Of a stretch of 42,215 nt of DNA, positions 35,335 to 42,215 are shown one piece after another. The stretch lies in contig MU058432.1 in assembly GCA_013265495.1 (NCBI GenBank), positions 199,985-242,199 of the forward strand. The letters are read 5' to 3'. Numbering within the stretch: position 1 is the first letter of the stretch; each line of letters starts with the position of its first letter. A model generated the notes under the pieces. It saw only the letters and a program-made list of their open reading frames with translations, was not told where the DNA came from and made no database searches. Position numbers and translations under genes: made by a program. The DNA is from Vicugna vicugna. Taxonomy: Eukaryota.

Positions 35335-36169
35335 GACTTTTCATAGTATTGGTTTTTCTTCACTCCACACATCAGAAATTTATGTCTTATGCCAGTGTTA
35401 TTCCTCAGACTCTAATACCATGATGTGTCATCTCATATTCATCCATTTTAGAGGAATTATTTCCCTGTGCTGGAAACTCCCCATTCTTATACTCCTTCTA
35501 TACAGAAATGATTTTTGCTATTGTGGTGAATCTACATTACACTTTTTCTGAAGTTGAAAACTGCACTGTGATTATATGGAGGAATATTCATGTTCTTAGG
35601 TCACACATAATTAAAATAAGGAGGAAAATATCATAAGATGTGCAGCTGAACTGAGAGAGGAGACAAAAAGGTGATGAAGCAAAAGAGGTGCAATGTTATC
35701 AAGAGAACTGAGGAAAAGTTTATATGTGTTAATTGCACTGTTTTATTCATAGTACTGGTTTGTGTATTTGAAATTATGTAAAAATAAAGAGTAAAGTAAC
35801 AGACTTTTCTCCTTTTTTTTTTTTAAGTTCCTGCTGTCTGCTTGGTGGCAGTGAAAGTGACATATCTTAGAAATCATGCTCGTATTAACATGGCTGATCA
35901 TTGCTGTGACAGAGCAGTCCTGCGCCTGCCTTTATCGAGGGCGACGTGGTTCCTTGTGATCCAACTCTGCAAGCATCTAGGGAGGGTTCCCTCTCCGAAA
36001 TGCTTAGTACCTTGCGGTAGATTGGAAATCCAAGGCCACATAAAGTACCTTGAAAAATACATTAACTTCAAGTGGAAGGAGGGCTTAGGGAATATTCCCT
36101 GCATGAGACGATATTGGGCTGAGATTTGAAGTATGGGACTTGATATACAATCGAGCCGAAGGAGAACAT

Positions 36170-37962
36170 TAACATTCAGTCCTTCATCTATTAAATATCA
36201 TTTCTGTTTCCTTTTTTTAATAGTATTCTGCATTTCTATTGATAGTTTCTCTTATTTCTTTCAGTATTTTTATCATCACCGTTTTGAAGTCAGGATCTAG
36301 TAGACTGTCGAGGTCTATTTCATTGTTGGATGTTTCAGGGGATTTCTCTTGTTCTCTTATTTGGGAGTGGTCCCTCTGCTTCCGCATTTTGCTTATTTCT
36401 CTGAGTCTCTGAAATTAGAAGTAACAGCCTTCTATTGTGATCTTCAAGGTTTTTTTGTTAAGTTGGCCGATCCCTGTGTAGACCATGTGAGCCTAACATT
36501 TTTGTCGAAAGGGCTGTTTTAGTTGCCATGTCTTCCCCACGTGTGCTGGCCATTATCACCTTGATTGGCAGTGCAGTCGGTGTATGGTGACCAGAGACTG
36601 CCCTGGTTGTTGAGCGGGGCCTCCTCTTTGCTCTGTGGTTGGCACGCCCCTGACAGGGGCCATGTCTGCCCCCCAGTTTTTGGAATAGAGGCTTTCAGAC
36701 CCATTTCTGAGGTGTGGTGTGTGGTGGGCAGGGCTGGAGTGCTTCTGCTGGATGGGGAGCCACTGAGTACTCCTCCACAGGAGATACCCACCAGAAAGTG
36801 CCATCTGTTGGCACTGCCCTTGTCCCCACCTCAGCTGCAGGAATGTTAGCAATCCACCTTGGTGACCCTCAGATTCTGCACCCACAGAGCCACCACTGCA
36901 GATCTGCCAGTGTCAGGCACTAGGACCCACAGCAGTGCATGTGCAGTCACACTCTTGGATCCACCGTGAGCCACCATGTCAGTCCAGAACCCAGCCCTCG
37001 GTCCATGTATGGTACGCAGGCTCACTGTTAATGCCAGACCCACTCCTGCTGTGCACCAGAACTTTGCTTGGTTGTCTTAAAGGCATGGGTCCTCAAAGGT
37101 ACCAGTGGCGCAAATCTTCCACCACTGCCTGAGGCTCAAATCAAATCTCAGTCCCACCCAAAGTCGCGGGATCCCTGGCTACAGATTCAAGTTTCAGCCC
37201 CATCTCCAACAGGGAACTGTGCAACAGCAATTGTTTCCCTACCAGAGCAAGCTGAGAACATGGCTGTGTCTGAATCCCACCCCTCTGCTCTTGAGAAAAC
37301 GCACCAACAATGGTGCTGAGAAGTGCCCTCTGGGCTAGTGGAGGTGGCTGCTACGGCAGGGCTGCATTCAACCCCTCTCCCCACCATGAACCAGCAGTGG
37401 TGCTTTCCGTGGGGGGATCCAGGATGTTTTGCACACTCTCCTAGCCTCAGCCCGCACCCAAATCCAGTCCCCTGAGGCTGCCTCTGCCCAGCCAGCCCCA
37501 GTCCTCTCCCTGGGCTTGTCTGTGGAAGCCCCTGCCCCAGCAGCCTGGCCCAGCCCACTTCCACTGGCTTCTGTCTTGGTCTAGGGATGGCAAGGACACT
37601 CTATGCTGGTTTCCCTTAGTTCTGTCTGCGGAGCGACTGCCGCTTTCCCCTCCAAGCCTCTGAAGCTCGCTCTCTGTCCCCATTCACCTCCCCATGGAGA
37701 GGAGAAGGGGCTTCCCAGAGTGAGGGAGCTTTTCCTCCTTTACCCACCACCCCCTCCCCAAGGGATGTCTCCTGCACTGATAGCCTTTGCCTTTTTCTTC
37801 TTTTCTTTCCTGCCCAATTTTGTGAGGATTTTCTTATACTTATGACTATAAGAGATATTCTACCAAACTGTAGTACATATTCTGTGCGATTTGTTCCATA
37901 TGCAGGTGTAGATTTTGCTGGGAGCGGGTGAGCATCACATCCTTCTACCCTGCCATCTTGCA
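36170..37962 (-). mobile_element. L1 5'UTR plus ORF1 N-terminus, 3'-truncated
   Basis: 5' terminus caagatggcagggtagaagg at ~37960; ATG at 36387 gives MRKQRDHSQIREQEKSPETSNNEIDLDSLLDPDFKTVMIKILKE (L1 ORF1p-like). Confidence 0.85.
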
Positions 37963-38490
37963 AAGTGAGTTTTTATTGAGCAATAGAACACTTACAAGGG
38001 GCAAGCAGGCAGACTCAGGTGTGTAGCTGCTCAGAGTTTCTTTGGTAAGATGGTTATATAGGGTATAAAAATGAACAGATGAAATATTCTTTGGGGAGGA
38101 AGAAGTTTGGGGTCATTTCCTCTAATTTTTATCCCAGTTTCACCTTCCCGGGGGAAGGAGGGATTTTTATCCTTATTTAGCCTGGAACAGAAGTGTCATG
38201 GCGTCAGTGCATGATGGGTTCTTCTTATCTGGAAGGCTAATTTTATTATAATAAAGGCACAATGAGCAAAAAGTTACATTTGGATGCCGGAGAGTCCCAT
38301 CTTTTCCACTTTTCTTTGTCTGCCTACAGGAGCCCTGTCATCTCAAGATCCATGGCTTTGTGAGTCTAGAAGCTCCTGATTTTCCTTGTCTGCCCGAGGA
38401 CCCCTGTTGTTCACAAGATGTATGGTTTCCTGCCACATGACCCGTGCCTCCCTTTCTCTGCTCATGTCTAGATATCTGCCTTCTCTAACA
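37963..38490 (-). mobile_element. ERV1-type LTR, partial
   Basis: Minus strand starts TGTTAGAGAAGGCAGATATCTAGACATGAGCAG, has an internal repeat (ttgtctgcc...agga...ccctg...caagat twice), a TATA-like element at ~38055 and AATAAA at ~37972. Confidence 0.75.
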
Positions 38491-39180
38491 AATAGGCTGT
38501 AGTTTCTGTTCCTTTGCATTTTTCAGACGTGTTTTTTGGTTGACAACTGGGTATTTTGAATATTACAGTATGGCAGGTTTTGAAATCAGATTCTTCTCTC
38601 TTCTCAGAATGTGTTGTTGTTGTTACTTTTGGGGGTTTATGATTATTTTTTGCTTAGTGTTTTTTCTGAACTATCGTTAAAATAAAGACTACGTGTTTTG
38701 TTAAGTGCGGTCACTGAAGTCTCAAATTCTTTAGTTAATGGTCACATACAGATTCAACAGATATTCCCTTCAACATCTGGAACCTCCCCCAAATAATAGT
38801 AGCAACAAGAACAACAAATAACATACCCTAAAAATAGTCTGGTGATTTTTTTCCAGTTTAGCAATGTGATGTGGCACCATTGAAACATGCCTTTACAACT
38901 CGGCTTCAGTCTTTGTTTCCTGCTGGAAGAAATGCTAGAGTTTAGCCAGATGCAAAGCAGATGGTCTTCTCCATTCCTTTCTGGGTCATGCATCTTGATG
39001 TGAACTTATATTGTGGATTTCTGTTGTTCTTCTATATCCCCTGGTGTGTGTGAGAACTTTTCAAAGTTATTATTTCCCTAAACAACTTCCCTAGTCTCTT
39101 TCTTTCCTGGCTTCTCCATCTCTCTTCTGGTTTCCCTATGTGTACCTCTTGTCCTAGACAGCCATGGAATTTATATGAAC
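38491..39180 (-). mobile_element. Old L1M 5'-region-like fragment
   Basis: tttttggttgacaactgggtattttgaatattacagtatggcag...gaaatcagattctt resembles antisense old L1M 5' sequence. Confidence 0.5.
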
Positions 39181-39189
39181 TCTCCACCT

Positions 39190-40548
39190 CCAGTAATGAG
39201 GAATAAAACAAACATCATAAAGTTAGCAGAAGGAAGGTAAAAATCAGCAGAAAAAAAATGTGAGACTAGACAAAAGAAAAGAACAACAAAACCAAGGTAA
39301 TTCTTTGAAGATAAAATTGGTAAATGTTTGGCAAAACTAAGAAAACAGAGAAAATTTAAATAAAATTATAAATGGAAAAGGAATTTTTGAACGGATAGAG
39401 CAGAGGTAAAAAGGATCATTAAAAACTAATATAAACAAGTATAGGTTGTGAAATTGTATAACTTAAAAAAGATGAATAAATTTTGAAAAATATACATCCT
39501 GCCAAGATTGAACAATGAAGAAATAGAAAATCTGAACAGACTAATNNNNNNNNNNNNNNNNNNNNNNNNNNNNNNNNNNNNNNNNNNNNNNNNNNNNNNN
39601 NNNNNNNNNNNNNNNNNNNNNNNNNNNNNNNNNNNNNNNNNNNNNNNNNNNNNNNNNNNNNNNNNNNNNNNNNNNNNNNNNNNNNNNNNNNNNNNNNNNN
39701 GGGAACACTTTTCACATTACCAGGTCAGCATTACTTCAATACCAATGTCGAAAAAGATCACTATAAGAAAAACCGCTGGCCAATACGCATGATGAACAAA
39801 GGTGCAAAAAATTCTGTACAAAATACCAGCAAACAAAACTCAACAACACATCACAATGTTATACAGCAGGATCAAGTGGGATTTCTCTCTGCATTACAAG
39901 GATGTGTCAACAAAAGCAAATCAACAAATATAATACATCCCACTAGCAGAATGGCAAATAGCTGTTTGTGATAAATTCATTAGACGGAGGGAAAAAAAAA
40001 CATTAGACAATACTCATCAGGAGTTCATGATAAAAACTCTTGACATATTAGGTGTGTAAGGAATCTACCTTGACATGGTAAAGGCCATATATGACAAATC
40101 CATAGTTAACATTATATTAAACAATTGAAGGGCTAAATCTTAATATTAGAAAAAAAAGAGACAAGGAGGTCCACATTAGCCGTTCTTATTTAACAAAGTG
40201 CTAGAAATCCTAGCCAGAGCAATTAGGCAAGGAAAAGAAATAAATGACAGCTAAATTTGAAAGAATAAATTAAAATTAAGTATTTGCAGATTATATGATC
40301 TTGTGTATGGAAAACCTGAATAACCCACCAAAAGCTGTTAGCCGTGGTAAACAAATCCACGAAATTCGTTGAATACTGTATCAACATACAAAAATCAGTT
40401 GTTTTTGTACACTCAAAACAAACTATTAGAAAAAGGAATTATGAAATAGATATCTTAAACAATACCATCAAACCTATAAAATACTTAGAAATAAATTTAA
40501 CCAAAGAGGTGAGAGATCTGTACACTAGGAACTGCAAAACATTGATGA
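39190..40548 (+). mobile_element. L1 ORF2 fragment spanning the assembly gap
   Basis: LPRLNNEEIENLNRL, IQQDQVGF, AIYDKSIVNIILN, VLEILARAIRQGKEI, INIQKSV, IKYLEINLTKEVRDLY motifs. Confidence 0.9.
39546..39700. other. Assembly gap (155 N)
   Basis: Run of N. Confidence 1.
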
Positions 40549-41940
40549 GAGGAGGAGGGACCAAGATGGTGGGGTAGGAGACATAGATCATTCCCCACAC
40601 GCACCAAAAACAAAACAAAAACAAAACCAAAAAACATAAAAATTACATCTACACTTGGGGAAATTCTTATGGAAATTAACTGGAAACTGGTAGAAGAAAT
40701 CGTTTATACCAAAAGCTACAAGAAAGATTTCCATGTAACTGATTGAGATGGAAAAAAATAAGTGTAGGATGGGGACTCCCCCCAGCCAGCAAGAGAAATG
40801 TGAAAGAAAGAGAAAGTCTGCATGGATGGACCGTTGCACCCAGACTGAGTCACAGACTGGGTATCCTAGTCCTGGGATACCGCATGGAGGAGACAAGCCA
40901 TCTTGGCTGCTGGGAGAACCAATGGGACAGATAGAAGAGCTAGAGAGACGTAGATTCTACTGGAGAGTGCATGAATGTTGGCTTACCAAGAATCAAGGTG
41001 AAGAGAGCTTCATACTGGCGGCTGCTGCCTCTCATGCTCTTGCAATTCAAATGGGTCAAATGCTCTAGTCCTGCTCACTGTTCACCACGCTTGGTGCAAG
41101 GTCTGGCCAACTGACTCCTGGGAAAAGGCTCAGTCTAGCTTTGCACAAACTGGGGAGGCCTGGCATGTGATCCAGGTGCCGCGGAGGTGGCCATTGTCAG
41201 TGCACACTTAGGTGGGATCACGAGAACATGCCATTGTTTGTCTCCCAGCTGAACCAAAGCTCTGACACCCCCACACCACCATGAAGCTTATCACTGGATC
41301 TGGGGCAGATGGGTCTTGGGAGAAGACTGCCACAGAGGTGACCCAGAATGCCCCCTCAATTCGTGCAACCACAACACTGACCCACAGCCCTAGCTAAACA
41401 AATGCCACACCTCTACACACTCCACAACACAGATGTGCACTAGATTTAGGATGAACAAAACAGGGAAAGGGACACAACTTTGGGCTGCATCTAAACAGAG
41501 CCACAGATGCCTACAAAGGCAGTGAATCGGTCCTATGTGAGTGCCCAGGCTTCCCTTGCTTCAGCAATCCCCTCCTTTTGGGACAAGGAAGGCACTCATG
41601 GGGAATAGGCCCTAATCAAGCTCCAACCTCAGGGCTTCTACTTGAACAACTGAGGAGCAGACGACGCCCCTGATAGGCCAGCAGCAGCCACAGTGCAGGG
41701 AAGAAGTCTCACCTCACACCCTACACAGCTTTAGAACACCCAACAAAAACCACACTTCCTCTCAAGGTGATAACGACCAGTATAACCTGAGGAAATTTGT
41801 GATTAGTGTTCATAACAAAAACAATCCTTGTACCAAAGATATTGGACATGCAGTCTACACAGGGATGCACCCACATGAAAAATCCTGAAAAATACCATAA
41901 TAGATAATGATTTCTCCTAATTTCATAGATAAAGAATATG
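40549..41940 (+). mobile_element. L1 5'UTR
   Basis: Begins gaggaggagggaccaagatggtggggtaggag; similar to the 5' end of the element at 37962 (aaaattacatctacac..., gaaagatttcca...). Confidence 0.75.
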
Positions 41941-41944
41941 CAAA

Positions 41945-42215
41945 TATTTCTTATAACCCTGCATTTCTTATTGAGTTTATCTGGGGCCTCTTTCTTTTCT
42001 TCTCAGTGAGCCTGCTTAGAGATTTGTCAAATTTGTTTATCTTATCAAAAAAAAAACCTCTTGGTTTTATTGATCTTTTCTATTATTTTTAATATATATT
42101 TTATTTCCTCTCTGATTTTCATCATTTCCTTCCTTCTTCTGACTTTGGGTTTTGATTGTTCTTTTTCTAATTCTTTTAAGTGGGAAGATGGGATGTTTAT
42201 TTGAAACTTTTTTTT
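41945..42215 (-). mobile_element. L1 ORF2 fragment, antisense
   Basis: cttttcttctcagtgagcctgcttagagatttgtcaaatttgtttatcttatcaaaaaa...ctcttggttttattgatc typical antisense ORF2. Confidence 0.88.

Larger units (their letters stand above)
29568..36135 (+). repeat. Arm B of the inverted segmental duplication (partner ~2615-8635)
   Basis: Collinear reverse-complement homology over ~6 kb including non-repeat sequence; see arm A. Confidence 0.9.

Noticed and set aside
39419..39792. ORFs spanning X residues
   Set aside because: Artefacts of the N gap within an L1

Overview
Mammalian genomic DNA, most likely a camelid judging from the tRNA-derived SINEs and L1 3' ends (inference). It is part of a class II olfactory receptor cluster of the OR2T subfamily. 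Three OR loci are present: an intact OR2T29/OR2T5-like gene (3419-4390, minus), an OR2T3/OR2T34-like pseudogene (24024-24974, minus) and a second OR2T29-like pseudogene (34372-35334, plus). The two OR2T29-like loci lie in an old ~6 kb inverted duplication (~2615-8635 vs ~29568-36135). Its flanks are heavily diverged, yet the coding sequences contain ~99% identical tracts, the signature of gene conversion. The rest is mostly transposable elements: an internally deleted gamma-type (ERV1) provirus with a related solo LTR nested in its leader, many L1 pieces, two tRNA-SINEs, Tigger1, LTR33-like, L2 and MIR relics, a 35-bp degenerate minisatellite and a 155-N gap. I found no convincing novel biological system. 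The most interesting signals are evolutionary and mechanistic. Repeat and gene names come from recalled consensus sequences, not database searches.
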